A program made the position numbers and the translations under genes. Below, in pieces: positions 13,929 through 26,615 of a DNA stretch of 64,000 nt; within the stretch, counting starts at the first letter, position 1, and every line of letters begins with the position of its first letter. Source of the stretch: Eledone cirrhosa (taxonomy: Eukaryota); assembly GCA_964016885.1 (NCBI GenBank), contig OZ024748.1, positions 54,560,001-54,624,000 on the forward strand, read 5' to 3'. The notes under the pieces were generated by a model. That model saw nothing but the letters and a program-made list of their open reading frames with translations. It did not search any database and was not told where the DNA came from.

Positions 13929-14148
13929 TACAGACACACACACACATCTATATATTTTTTATATATGTATATATGCATATATATATATATATTATTACAA
14001 ACACACATCTCTTTCTCTCTCTCTTGTATTTTCCTATTTAGAGCTAGGCAGTTCATGACTCCCACGGCCTTTACTCAGAGTTTCATAGATAATTCTTGTT
14101 ATTTAAAGTTAGTAATCGAATTTAATATAATTTCTTCTCTTAATAATT

Positions 14149-15488
14149 GCTTCTACTTTTGGCACAAGTCAGCAACCACCCAGTGTATTACTAGTACTTT
14201 ATTTTATCGACCCCGTAAGGATGAAAGGCAAAGTTAACCTTGTCGGGAATTGAACTCAGTCCGTAAAGGGACATAACTGTGCTGCAAAACATGGCGTCCG
14301 ACCCTCTACCGATACTGCCAATCCACCGCCCTTCTCTTAATAATTGTTTCTATTTTTGGCACAAGGCCAGCAATTTCCCCGTGTATTACTGGTACTTTAT
14401 TTTATCGACCCCGTAAGGATGAAAGGCAAAGTTAACCTCGGCGGGATTTGAACTCAGAATGGCAAGGGCCGTAACTCTATGCGTCAAAGCATGGCGTCCG
14501 ACTCTCTACCGATACTGCCAATTCACCACCTTCTCTTAATAATATTTAAAAATATGTTTATTTCTCACGGCCTCCACACACACAAAACAACATCTATGCA
14601 ATCACAAAGAATCCCAAATGTTACCAATATTCAAAACCAAACCACTCTGCAGATTCACCAATTAGAGATTATTGATTTTATCGATTATCATATTGATTTG
14701 AAAATAATAGGCTGGGATTTTCATTAGAAAAGTCTTAAACAATACTAACAACCACTCGACTGGGTATCTTATTTCATCGCCCTCGGACGGGTTCGAACTC
14801 AAGACTTTAATACGCTCGTAAAGCATTTCATGGAGGAGGAATTCTGTGTAGTAGTAACATCGTAGATACAAGGCCAGCAATTTCAGGGTGGAAAAGTTGA
14901 TTATATCGACCCAAGTATTCTACAGGTACTTTATTTTATCGACCCCAGAAGGATGAAAGGTAAAGCTAACCACAACGAGATTTGAACTCAGAATAGTAAA
15001 GGGCCGTAAGACCGCAAAGCATTATGTCTGACGCTCTACCGACCTATACTGGCAATCCACCACTTTCTCCATTGTCTCTATTGCAATAAATAAATATTTT
15101 GATTTAGGCACAAGGCCAGGAAATTTTGGGAAGGGAAAGTCAATTATATCCACCCCAGTGCGTTACTGGTACTTCCTTTCACCGACCCCGTAAGGTTGAA
15201 ATCGGTGGGATTTGAAATTAGAACGTAAGAGGACGTAACTCTATGCCACAAAGCATATTGTACGACGCTCTACCGATACTGTCAATCCATCGACCTTCCA
15301 ATAAATAATTGTTTCTACATTTGGCACAAGACCAGCAATTATCTCAGTGCATTACTGGTACTTTATTTTATCTACCCTGTAAGGATGAAAGGCAAAGTTA
15401 ACCTCTGCTGGATTTGAACTCAGAACGTAAAGAGACGTAACTCTATGCTGCAAAGCATGGTGTCTGAACCTCTACCGATACTGCCAAT
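14149..15488 (-). mobile_element. Cluster of five same-orientation family A SINEs (14149-14331, 14345-14530, 14868-15063, 15100-15295, 15309-15488)
   Basis: Each copy matches the family A consensus. The first two are bounded by a thrice-repeated TTCTCTTAATAAT. Confidence 0.9.
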
Positions 15489-15946
15489 TAACGAAGACGA
15501 AACACTTGTAATAGTCAAAAGCAAAAAAGATAGAAAGAAAAACAAAACAAACAAACAGAAAAAAAAAGAATGGTGATAAGAAGAGGGACATTATGAGCTG
15601 TTTAAGCAACAGGCTTTCTGAAGCAGAACATGTGAAAATTTTGCTGTCCTTCCACATCGATTAACACGCAATCTCGCGCCTATCAGCTGATTTTTGACGT
15701 TTACATTAAGAAACTTGATAGAATACAATGTTAAGAAAATAACAAAAAACAAAGTTAAGAAATAATTAATTAACAAAGAAAAAGGAAATAAACAAAACAA
15801 AACGAAACAAATTAAGCGAAATTTCAAAATTCATTTAAGCAAATTATGTTTCATATTTATACTATTATATACACATATTTTATACATATACCTACATACA
15901 TATACATATACACACGTGTATATACACATATATATATATATATATA

Positions 15947-16134
15947 ACGAAGGAAATGTGGTAAGGAACCAGATGGACCATAACGCACCAAAGTACTCAA
16001 TACTTACGGTAGTAGAGTGGGTAATAGGAACGAGTAGGACCCCGACGGCTGAGCTCAAGCCGTTTCGACGGCTAATTCTTGACTCAATTAGCCGTCGAAA
16101 CGGCTTGAGCTCAGCCGTCGGAGTCCTGCTCGTT

Positions 16135-16139
<5 letters not shown>
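15947..16139. mobile_element. TA-embedded hairpin element, complete copy; 54-bp inverted arms 16024-16077/16086-16139
   Basis: Arms match except for 2 mismatches, with an 8-nt loop CTTGACTC. (TA)n on both sides. Confidence 0.85.
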
Positions 16140-16186
<47 letters not shown>

Positions 16187-16286
16187 GGTTACACAACCTA
16201 ACTCGTCCCATAAACTGAGTGCTCTACCACTACGGATATTACCTTCCAGTGTTCTCCCACTATATATATATATATATACACACACA

Positions 16287-17322
16287 CAGATATCCACGGT
16301 AAATTGTGGGGTCTATTCTGCATGAAGAACTCAATGTAATCCATATGTTGAAAATGTTGTAGGTTAAGATAAATCCCGAAAACCATAAAACATTAAAAGG
16401 AAAACAGATTCATGATATAAGTTAAAACAATGAAATAAAAAATCAAGTCATTGGAGATATACTTCACTGCTTTACGATCGTTTCTAGGTGTTGATAATAC
16501 ATTGTAGCTATACTTCGTTATTGATCTATGTAAGGTTAGTTACAAAATATCAAATAAAGAGAATATTTACTTACATGCATATCACCAGCTGTTTTCAAAA
16601 TCAATAATAATTTTATTCAGAATTAGTAGTATGTTAGTATCTTGTCTTTATTTGGAGGTAGTTGAAGAACTAACCAATCAAATTGTCTTTTTCATATGAT
16701 GTTAAGATGAAAAGTAATTTGCTTTAGTTGAGGTCATGACCCTTTGAAAGGAATGGTTGAATGGTGTTAATAATAGAATTGCCATAACAAATCTATTAGG
16801 AGGAAAATGATTGTCAAATTGATAGTTGAATGTATCTGGTATGTGAAGTTTAAAAAGAATGTAAAAATAAAATGATGATTAGTGTTGTATGGAGTTTTTA
16901 GGTGAATATAAATTAAGGTCATGGCTAGGAAAGATAGTATATTAAAAGATGAAAATTATAAGATAATGAAATACAGTAATGCAATAATATAATATAACTA
17001 ACACAATATAGTACGGTGTGGAAAATTGCACTTAGTATAATACAGCGTATGATACGCTCTAAAATACTATCAAGTATGTTTATGTATAAATAATCAAACT
17101 CAGATAAATATATGTTGACATAGTCAAAACGCATAAATTTTATAGATCACAAAGTGCATATATCCACACTATATATAGAGAGGTATAGTTACATTGATAC
17201 CCAACTAAAAATATACATACACACAAATAGATGCAAACATAAATACACATTTACACATGTGCACATAATCATATACACATATATTTATACATATCTATAT
17301 TTACACGTACATACCTATACCC

Positions 17323-17356
<34 letters not shown>

Positions 17357-18080
17357 ATGCACACACTCATATATAAACACTCATACACATATACTCACAT
17401 ATACACACACACACAAACACACACATATATACACACATACACACACACAAACTTATATCATGACTCTGTTTTCCTTTTAATGTTTTATGGTTTTCGGGAT
17501 TTATCTTAACCTACAACATTTTCAACATATGGATTACATTCTTCATGCAGAATAGACCCCACAACTTACCGTGGATATCTCTGTGCATTTTGCTCCTTTA
17601 ATATATTTTTTATAATTTATTATAATATTTAGTTGAGCTCTTTTTTTTTTTATCTAATTCCTGCATCACAATGAAAAAACAATATTTGGGTACCTCGTTG
17701 AAGAATATTCCAATTCCACCTAAAGATGAATATCTACTCTTGCTCAAATAAAAAACAAACCAATTTATTAGGAGAATGAGATGGGGGGCCTATCATTTTG
17801 ACAACAAAACCAATACAAATGAAATGAAGTACCGCTATGGTTTCAAAACATACAAAAGTCCTCCTCATAATATACAAAAATCCTCAGAATATACAACATA
17901 CGAAAAAAACAATTTGATTGGTTAGTTCTTCAACTACCTCCAAATAAAGACAAGATACTAACATACTACTAATTCTGAATAAAATTATTATTGCTTTTGA
18001 AAACAGCTGGTCATATGCATGTAAGTAAATATTCTTTTTATCTGATATTTTGTAACTAACCTTACATAGATCAATAACGA
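16287..18080. mobile_element. Rearranged Penelope-like element with inverted terminal segments
   Basis: 16287-16420 is inverted at 17452-17581, and 16516-16693 is inverted at ~17903-18080. Hammerhead-like GAAACGATCGTA on the minus strand at ~16472. ORF N-terminus at 17671. Confidence 0.75.
17671..17865 (+). pseudogene. N-terminus of a Penelope-like RT-EN ORF (interrupted)
   Basis: MKKQYLGTSLKNIPIPPKDEYLLLLK*KTNQFIRRMRWGAYHFD...YRYGFKTYKSPP. The S.KNIPIP / F.RRMRW.A / YGFK...PP motifs recall PLE N-termini. Contains an in-frame stop. Confidence 0.7.
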
Positions 18081-18402
18081 AATTGCTGGCTTTGTGCTTA
18101 TGCAAAAAACCATTATTTATTCATACATTATATATATACGTATATATATATAGAATAGAATATTTTATCATACTCTGCTCTGTAAGAGCATAGCACTCAA
18201 CCGGCGTACCGCCTATGGACGCATCTTAGCTACCATCAGACACACACACACGCACGCGCATCTCTGTGTTTATCTTGTCATTTTTTGAACTCTGTGTCTC
18301 TTTATACACACACACACACACACACATACACATACACATACACACACACATACATACATACATACATACATACATACATACATACATACATACATACATA
18401 CA

Positions 18403-18431
<29 letters not shown>

Positions 18432-18433
<2 letters not shown>

Positions 18434-18572
18434 GGAAAATTATATTTAAAATTGTTGGGTTACAACTAGTAAATATTTATAACTGATATAAAAGCACTCG
18501 ACAAATATTTGGAGTATATTTACAATATTAAATAAATGGAAACTATATTTATAAAACCATATTTATTTCATT
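18432..18572. mobile_element. Short AT-rich dispersed element (second copy 38305-38485), probable PLE terminus
   Basis: Near-identical direct copy at 38305. Both copies lie next to microsatellite tracts. Confidence 0.6.
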
Positions 18573-18621
18573 ATATATATTTCGGGGATATCATATAATA
18601 TTGTATATATATATATATAAT

Positions 18622-19054
18622 TGTCGTAAAAGGTAAACGGAAATAACAACTCAATCGGTATAGTATATGGAAGGAATATATTAGGTTAACGCTTGAAATA
18701 GCAGGAAGAGGGTCTTAACGTTTCGGACGCTTGTCCTTCATCAGAAGAATGTGTGTGTGTATGTATATATATATATATATATATGAAAGAAAGCACAAAC
18801 AACGGACAGGTCCCCTCTTCAGTTGTCTGCTGGGGGTCTCGGACGTTTCAACGCATTAAAGACAATACGTCTATCCCTCCCTCTCACTTATCCTCTCTTT
18901 CTCCCTGCTCCCTTACTACTTCCATCTTCTCTTGTCTCGCCCTCTTTCTCCCTGCTCCCACCGAGGTTAGACGTGTTTTTCTTTCGCTGTTAATAAGGCC
19001 CCGGACTTATACCCAGCCGCCGGTTTAACTTCCTTCCTTCCTCCCTCTCTCCCC

Positions 19055-19085
<31 letters not shown>

Positions 19086-19660
19086 CTGGTTATTTTACAT
19101 ACATATGCTACCACTCGTGCCCCCCCCTCTCTATCGGTATGTTTTCTGTGTCTTTTTCTCCCCCCCCCCCCCCTTCTGTTTAATCTATTTCCGCCCAATA
19201 ACTTGTATAATATATCTCCGAATATGAAGATTTATTCTTTTTTATATAAACCTTTATAAAGTTATTTACATATTGAGCATTTGTAAAAACATTGTAAATA
19301 AGATCGGATGATTTTATTTGATACACCCTGTGTATTGTCAAATGTGTCATTTTTGTAAGGCTGTAATTTGAGAAAGAGATGGTTGCTATTTCTAGCACTC
19401 AAGCCACCACGCAGGGGCTTTGTCACCGACCCATTAATAAATAGTTTAGTCGTATTTTGATCATTTCTGGTCTTCTAGACAGGAGATATGGTTAAATGGG
19501 CCGGTGGGGTGAAGAGGCGGAGGAGGGTCAATAGAATCGGCGGCTTCTTTAGTAATGTTGGATGGGGGAGAAGTCTCCTTAATTAAGGGTGATAAGGTGG
19601 CCCCTGTATTCTGCTTTGTATAAGGTCACGAGGTCATCAAACCAGTTTGGGAGCCCAAAA
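18622..19660 (-). mobile_element. Decayed Penelope-like element 3' part
   Basis: Hammerhead at 18713-18748. The terminus is shared with 37295-37420, 56745-56870 and 59520-59645. A frameshifted GIY-YIG-like (E)TGATLSPLIKE reads at ~19575-19612 on the minus strand. Confidence 0.6.
18713..18748 (-). ncRNA. Minimal type-I hammerhead ribozyme
   Basis: UCUU-CUGAUGA-A-GGAC(AAGC)GUCC-GAAAC-GUU-AAGA. Intact core, stem II, palindromic stem III and stem I. Confidence 0.85.
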
Positions 19661-20154
19661 CACAAGGACTTCTTACCGACGAAATCTCACACATCAACAC
19701 AAATATTAATTCACGCGCACACACAAACACAGTCATACTCTCACACACACACTCACACACTCAGTTACACACACACTCGCACACATACACACTCAGTCAC
19801 ACACACATATATACATACTCAGACAAACATACTTAGACATACAGACATACACACTGATATATATACACACACACACACTTTATATACATACACACATGCG
19901 TAAACACATACAGATTCAGATATACACACTTAGACATATACTCACACACAGACTTTAGACATGTACGCACCCATGCATGTGCATACACACATGCGTACAC
20001 ACATCCATATATTACACAGACATTACATATAGCTACACATACACGCACACACAGACGCACACAGACGCACACGCACACGCACACACACACAGACACACAC
20101 AGAGACACACAAATATAAGCTAATTACAAATACATTAATATAGTTACATACACA

Positions 20155-20342
20155 GGGCGGTGAATTGGCAGTATCGGTAGAGGGTCGGACGCCATGCTTT
20201 GATGCATAGAGTTACGGCCCTTTCCAATCTGAGTTCAAATCCCGCCGAGGTTAACTTTGCTTTTCATCCTTACGGGGTCGATAAAATAAAGTACCAGTAA
20301 TGCACTGGGTAATTGCTGATCTTGTGCCAAAAGTAGAAACAA
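20155..20342 (+). mobile_element. Full-length family A SINE with target-site duplication
   Basis: Flanked by AATATAGTTACATACACA / AATAGAGTTACATACACA. Confidence 0.92.
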
Positions 20343-20460
20343 TTAATAGAGTTACATACACACAAACATATTCGCCCCCACACACTAATGTCTATCATAG
20401 GTATAAAACTTCAATCTTTGGGGTCGGGTGCCAACGACCAGAGTGACCCTATAACACAAG

Positions 20461-20756
20461 AGGTATGGCTGTGTGGTTAAATAGTTCGAGTCGCAACCAA
20501 GTGGTTCTATGTTCAGTCCCACTGCAACACTTTGGGCAAGTGTATAGTCTCATTCTACAATGTGTGTGTGTGTCCCGTTTCTGTGTTAGCGTTTATGTCT
20601 CGTAAAGTTTTGGTTCGATTAAAAAGGTGATCGATGAAATAAGTACTAAATTTATTTGAAAATAAATATCGCAGTAAACAGGATTGGATAAATCTAGGTG
20701 GGTGCTGCAGCATGGCCGCAGTCTGATGATTGAAAGAAGTAAAAAGACAAAAGAAT
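20461..20756 (+). mobile_element. tRNA-derived SINE, family C
   Basis: Head GGTATGGCTGTGTGGTTA..GTTCAGTCCC, then TTGGGCAAGTGT, and tail GCAGCATGGCCGCAGTC. Tail fragments also at 3453-3490 (-) and ~60300-60345. Confidence 0.65.
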
Positions 20757-20869
20757 ATGCAGATAAATTAGTGGACATGGGTTATTTTTCATTCAGACTA
20801 CAAATACTCTTCAAGTAAAACGTATGTAGCCTTGTGACTATTATAAATCTTAAATTCTAAAGTGTGTCT

Positions 20870-21108
20870 CGACTCCGGAGGCTCTTGAGGTCAGTGCTTA
20901 TTCCGTTTTCTGTGGTGTGAAGCGACTGAAAGTATAACACTCCCCGTGGACAGGACGCTAGTCTATCGCAGAGTTAAGCTCCAAGATATTGCTGGTACAA
21001 CATGAAATGAAGTTGTTTTGCTCAAGAACACAACACACAAGCTTGTCCAGGAATCGAACCCACGACATTAAGATCATAAGTCCTTACCACTAGACCACGC
21101 ACCTTCAC
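20870..21108 (-). mobile_element. SINE family B
   Basis: Reverse-complement homolog of 24874-25115. Confidence 0.75.
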
Positions 21109-21599
21109 TAAATCTTTGTTATTCAGTCATTATAAAACTTTACTTAAGCCCACACAGAATCTTGTGAAAGAACGGAAATAACAGGGAGAAAAATCACATT
21201 TCGGGCTTGAAGGATAGTTAAAGAGGAAGTTGAGGGTTTTCAGGGTTTTTTTTCTTCTCTTATTTTCATAGATAGAAGTTTCCAGTGTTTTAAATATATT
21301 ACTTTTTTATGGTATAACACGTGACTTTTTGTGATTTATTCCTGTATCGTTTTTCCTGGTTTAAAAGAAAACAGGCTGAAGCTGTTCTTTTTGTTTAACT
21401 GCAGGTCATCGTTGAGCCAACATACCTAGGGTGAACTTTGTGTACACACACACATACATACACACACACATACACACACACACATACACACACACACATG
21501 CATACACACACACATACACATAGTTAAAGAAAAGACAAGACAGAGATGCAACAGTGTTATTAGTATCACATTTAGGAGGAAGTAGAGGAGGGTTTATAT

Positions 21600-21672
21600 C
21601 TATCTATCTATCTGTGTGTATGTATATTTATATATATGTATGCATGTGTGTATGTATGTATGTATGAATGAA

Positions 21673-21732
<60 letters not shown>

Positions 21733-22114
21733 GGTATGTATATATATATATGTGTGTATGTATGAATGTGTGTATATATATATATGTGTGTGTATGTATG
21801 TATATATATATATGTGTGTGTATGTATGTATATATATATATGTGCGTGTATGTATGTATATATATATGTGTGTGTGTATGTATATATATATATATATATA
21901 TGTGTATATATAAATATGTGTGTGTGTGTGTATGTATATATATATATATGTGTATATATATATGTGTATGTATATATATGTGTGTGTGTGTGTATGTATG
22001 TATATATATATATATATATATAGGTGGTTGTGTGTGTATGTATATGTGTGTGTGTATGTATATATGTGTGCGTATGTGTATATATATATATGTGTCTGTG
22101 TGTGTATATATATG

Positions 22115-22146
<32 letters not shown>

Positions 22147-22166
22147 TACATATATATACATATATG

Positions 22167-22204
<38 letters not shown>

Positions 22205-22222
22205 TGTGTGTATATATATATA

Positions 22223-22267
<45 letters not shown>

Positions 22268-22628
22268 ATGTATATATGTGTGTATGTGTGTATGTATATA
22301 TATGTGTGTGTGTGTATGTATATATATGTGTCTGTGTGTATATGTGTGTATGTATATATATGTGTCTGTGTGTATATGTGTGTATGTATATATATGCGTC
22401 TGTGTGTGTATATGTGTGTATACGTATATATATATGTGTGTGTATGCATATATATATAGATGTGTGTGTGTGTTTTCATGTACAAAGATACTGGAAAGAC
22501 GAAGGAACAGTAAAAATACCTCTGTATCATGGAGAATGAAGACAGAAATCAATCCGGTACCATTAACACTGTCCCTTTCAATCTTTTACACACACACTTA
22601 CACACACACACACACACTTACACAGACA

Positions 22629-22695
<67 letters not shown>
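21600..22695. repeat. Compound TA/TG/CA microsatellite
   Basis: Direct reading of the sequence. Confidence 0.95.
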
Positions 22696-22697
<2 letters not shown>

Positions 22698-23859
22698 CTA
22701 TATAAGTATGTATATTAATGAGGCGTAAAGTAACGTCCAGTTTGAACTAGGTCATTAACAGGTCAACTTTTAGTCTTTTCTGACCCATTGTTTTTAACCA
22801 GCCATACGCTTCATTAAATTTAGCTTATTTTTATGACCCACTCCATTCATTTAATGTTTTGAAGGGGAATTATTCGCCCCTTTTTTTATATTTTAGATAG
22901 TTTGCTCTACGTGACGCTGCCTTAATCAGCTGTCGGCCGTAGATCACAACAGTCTTGGCACCTTCCGACAGTCACGTCCCCTTAAGTGACGCCAATCAAC
23001 ATTGATACAACCAGGGAATATCCGGGTAGTTTTTTCTGGGGTAGGCTTGCACTGTAGCACGATGTTATCCATAATCGTATTCATGCAGTCACCACATGAG
23101 ATCGGGTGCAACTATACATCAAATCTATTTTGTTTACTTCTCACCAAGGAATTGTTCTTTGTTATTGGTGTTGTTGTTGCTGTTGCTGTGATTATTAATA
23201 TAAAAGAAAATGAAGCGCAGCCGACCCCCCCCCCCCCCGACATAGGGCCCATCACCCTCTACCCTTCTCCCCCTTTCTTCTGTGACCCAAGAGTCTTTGC
23301 TTTTTCCCTGCTTTTCCTCTCGTGGCATTTATAGTATTTTCTTCTTTCCCATACTACCAGATATGCTCTTCTTTACCACTTCCACTTCTTTTCATTACTT
23401 TTTCTTTTTATCTTTCTTTTTCATATCTCCATTTCAAACGTTCAATCGACTGACAGGAAGGTATACGGTGCTGATGACAGCTAATAATCTAGAAACTAGT
23501 TCATCGTTCCTTTGTCAGTGTTGAACAAAAGAGCAACGATGGTTGCCGAACACTCTACGGCTTAATTCGGGCTGTTTGTTTACAAACAAACCGAGCATTA
23601 TAATAAACCCATACGTACATATATATGTGTGCATGTATGTATGTATATACATACTACTGTACGTCTGTATACATATATGTATGTACGTATACATACTTAT
23701 ATTTAAGTATCAGCCGTACTAAGAGTGAGAAATGAAATTTCATTTTTTCCATTTATCATTGTATAACTTCTTTTTCTAAAACATAGTTGAGTAAATTTTC
23801 TTCATGTACACATGTTGACGATCAACTTCATTCTCATTTAAGGGTGAGTCCACTTCGTG

Positions 23860-24375
23860 GTCCCTGTGGACAGAATGAGGGAGATACTCTGGAAAAACCA
23901 CTCCAACTCGTGTGGATCACCCTTGCGGGTAGCCAAATCTATCCCCGATAGCAGTGAGTAGGGATGTGGTCCAAGGGTCAGGAACACCGGCAGTCTCTAT
24001 TGCCACAGACTCGACCACAAACTTATTATTAGCTTTGATTTTTCTCTCACACGATGAAACATTTCCTGTTTTCCTCTCCATATAGCCAAACGCTGCCCTA
24101 CTGACTTTCCCAAGCCCAATGCCTGCTATGTATGGCATTGTGGATTTTACTATAAATCTACGATATATGATCTCAACTGGAAACCCTGTTGATATACCCA
24201 TAACTCATATTGGTCCTTCATATGTTCGGTTCTTCTTTTCATATTCCATTCGAAGGTACCATCAACTCAACAACCAGCGCTTACCTTTTTTGTGAAGTTA
24301 GTTCATGCCATAAGGTCAGCGTTGCTTCATTATTGTGATATGATTTGGTAACATGAGCTCTTCCTTCCCCTTGTA
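23860..24375 (-). pseudogene. CRE-clade non-LTR retrotransposon, C-terminal restriction-like endonuclease remnant
   Basis: Reads ...FVVESVAIETAGVPDPWTTSLLTAIGDRFGYPQG, then after a frameshift DPHELEWFFQSISL. This fits the CRE pattern P.A.ETLG..G...L..IG.RL...GDPRE..L.QRIS recalled from known elements. Confidence 0.65.
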
Positions 24376-24873
24376 GGTGAAGGCACACGGCGTTATGGGT
24401 TCGATTCCCAGATTGGGCAACACGTTGAGTTCTTGAACAATTCCTTTCAATTCACGTTGCTTGCATTATTGGACTGGGGGTCCTATAATTAAGATAACAG
24501 AGAAACCTCTTCGTAGTATGTCGGTTAAACCTGCATAGGTGTGAGATGTAAATTTAATTTAACTTTTTCACTTCCCAGTCAATAGTTACATTCAGAAGTG
24601 TGGGTATCTGTTTTCGATTGTTTATGCTTCTGTAGTGGGTGTCCTAGTCTTCCATGTTAGTGTTGCATTCACACTGCTGCATCGTTGCATTTATACATCA
24701 GCATGCAAGATTTCATAGCTCTAGCATAACTCCTTAATAATCAGCTTATGGACTTTCCAGTTGACCCTCGTAAAATCCGGTGTCAGTAATTTTATTAGTA
24801 TTCTCTAGTAAATTATATACTTCTCGTTGTGAAGATGTGATTCCGCAAGTCTCGTAATGTTAATAGACGTATG

Positions 24874-25115
24874 GGCGGCACGTGGCCTAGTGGTAAGGGT
24901 GTTGGACCTACGATCATAATGTTGTGTGTTGTGTTCTTGAACAAAACACTTCATTTCACATTGATTCAGTTTACTCAGCTGAAAATGAGTACTAGTAATA
25001 GCTGGGAGTTTATCCCTGCAATAGACTGGCGTCCTGTCCAGGGAGTAGGGGAGTTTTTCACTCTCAGTCGCTTCATGCTTTGAAACCGGGATAAGCACCG
25101 ACCTAACGGGCTTTC
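24874..25115 (+). mobile_element. SINE family B (a shorter copy lies at 24377-24462)
   Basis: GGCACGTGGCCTAGTGGTAAGG head, followed by GTGTTCTTGAACAAAACACTT. Confidence 0.75.
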
Positions 25116-25815
25116 TGGCTTAAGACAGACTTTAGACTTAGATTCAGGAAAACTATTGTTCCAAACGAAATATAAAGATGTATGTATCAGCTGTGCTAGG
25201 GCGAGAAATAAAGTTCTAATTTTATTTTTAAAATATAAAGACCTGATAAAGAAATATGTCACAATGTTTAATAAAAATGAGATTTAACTTGAGTATGATC
25301 ATGTTTTAATAAAACATAGTTAAAAGGAAGCCTTTTCCTACTTATACTAACTCTCTCTCTCTCTCTCTCCCTCCCTCTCACCCCCCCTCTCTCTCACACA
25401 GTTTGTACGCTTGTATCACCTGTACATTATTTATTCCTTGTTTGTTGTCTCTGTCTACCTGTCATCTCATCGATGTGCTATTTAGTTAATTAAAATTAAT
25501 GAAGTCCTCACAGTTCTACTCTTTGATTGTCTAGCGTTTTAATTATTCATAGTGACAAAAAAACAACAACAACAAATTTTTTTTTCTTTCCTCGTTTATC
25601 TTTCCTCCCTGTCTGGGGCTAATTATGTCCCCTGAGATATGTGATACTCGCCTCTGCGGCTGCAGGACCCCTTCCTTTTCTAACAGTGTTATTCTTCTCA
25701 GTCGTTAACTGTTTCAAGTGGTCTAACGACAATAATGACTTTCTGATTAATATCATATAGTCTCGCATCTTTTACCTCCGAATGTTCCAGGCTTTGTCAG
25801 ACTCCTTTCCAGGTA

Positions 25816-26206
25816 CAGCCTGTTCGCTTTTTACGCGAACTTGAAGAACGGGAATTTGCTTTAACACCTCTTGAAAAAATATTATCAAATATTCACTTTG
25901 CGCGAATAACGCGCTATAACGCGTATGGTCTTTAATATTTTTTTTATTTACAGTGAAATTCCGTTATTCACGGGGTATAAAAAATATTCGTTTTAACAAA
26001 AAAGTCCTTTATAATGAGATCGACCTAACACATCGAGCGCGTGGCCGGGGAATGAAAAAAACTTTCGTTATACTGAAAAATTCGTTAAAATGGAATTCGT
26101 TATAATGGAATTTCACCTGTATCAGAAATATAAGACTTGAATTACGCGAATTTTCTTTACGCGCCGCGTTCACGAACGTATCTTGGCGTAAAAAGCGAAC
26201 ACACTA
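25816..26206. mobile_element. Tc1/mariner-pogo type MITE containing a nested MITE (25951-26119)
   Basis: Outer TIRs CAGCCTGTTCGCTTTTTACGC / GCGTAAAAAGCGAACACACT. Inner TIRs TA-CAGTGAAATTCCGTTAT / ATAATGGAATTTCACCTG-TA. Confidence 0.75.
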
Positions 26207-26494
26207 TGTGTTTCATCTGTTGTAATTTTTCTGTCGTAATTATTTCATCCTACGACTCTACATATTTATCACACAATACAATATCTTACTAATCCCTCTG
26301 TTTTCCTTGTCCAGTTCTTCCAGATGTGTCTTTTTTCCTCATCTCTTACGTCTTGTTTTTACATCCCAAGCAATGCCGAAACTCTCTTGTTTGGTTGCTG
26401 TCTTTACAAATGAAAACAAATTTAATATTTCCAAACGGTCACCTGATAATAGTTTGGAAATATTAAATTTGTTTGTGTTTTTCCCCACTTTCGG

Positions 26495-26615
26495 GGTTAG
26501 TCTTACCTTTCATCTTTACGGAGTCGATAAAATAAAGCACCAGTAATGCACTGGGTCAATTTAATCGACTTTTCCCTCCCCTCAAATTGCTGGCCTTATG
26601 ACTAGTAGAAATCAT
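26495..26615 (+). mobile_element. Family A SINE 3' fragment
   Basis: CCTTTCATCTTTACGGAGTCGATAAAATAAAGCACCAG...TAGAAA followed by a (TTA)n tail. Confidence 0.8.

Noticed and set aside
22490-22556. Possible small exon ([23 protein letters not shown])
   Set aside because: Weak acceptor (AAAG, poor pyrimidine tract), weak donor and no homology I recognise.
21600-22718. YI/CV/HT dipeptide ORFs here and throughout the window
   Set aside because: Translated TA/TG/CA microsatellites.
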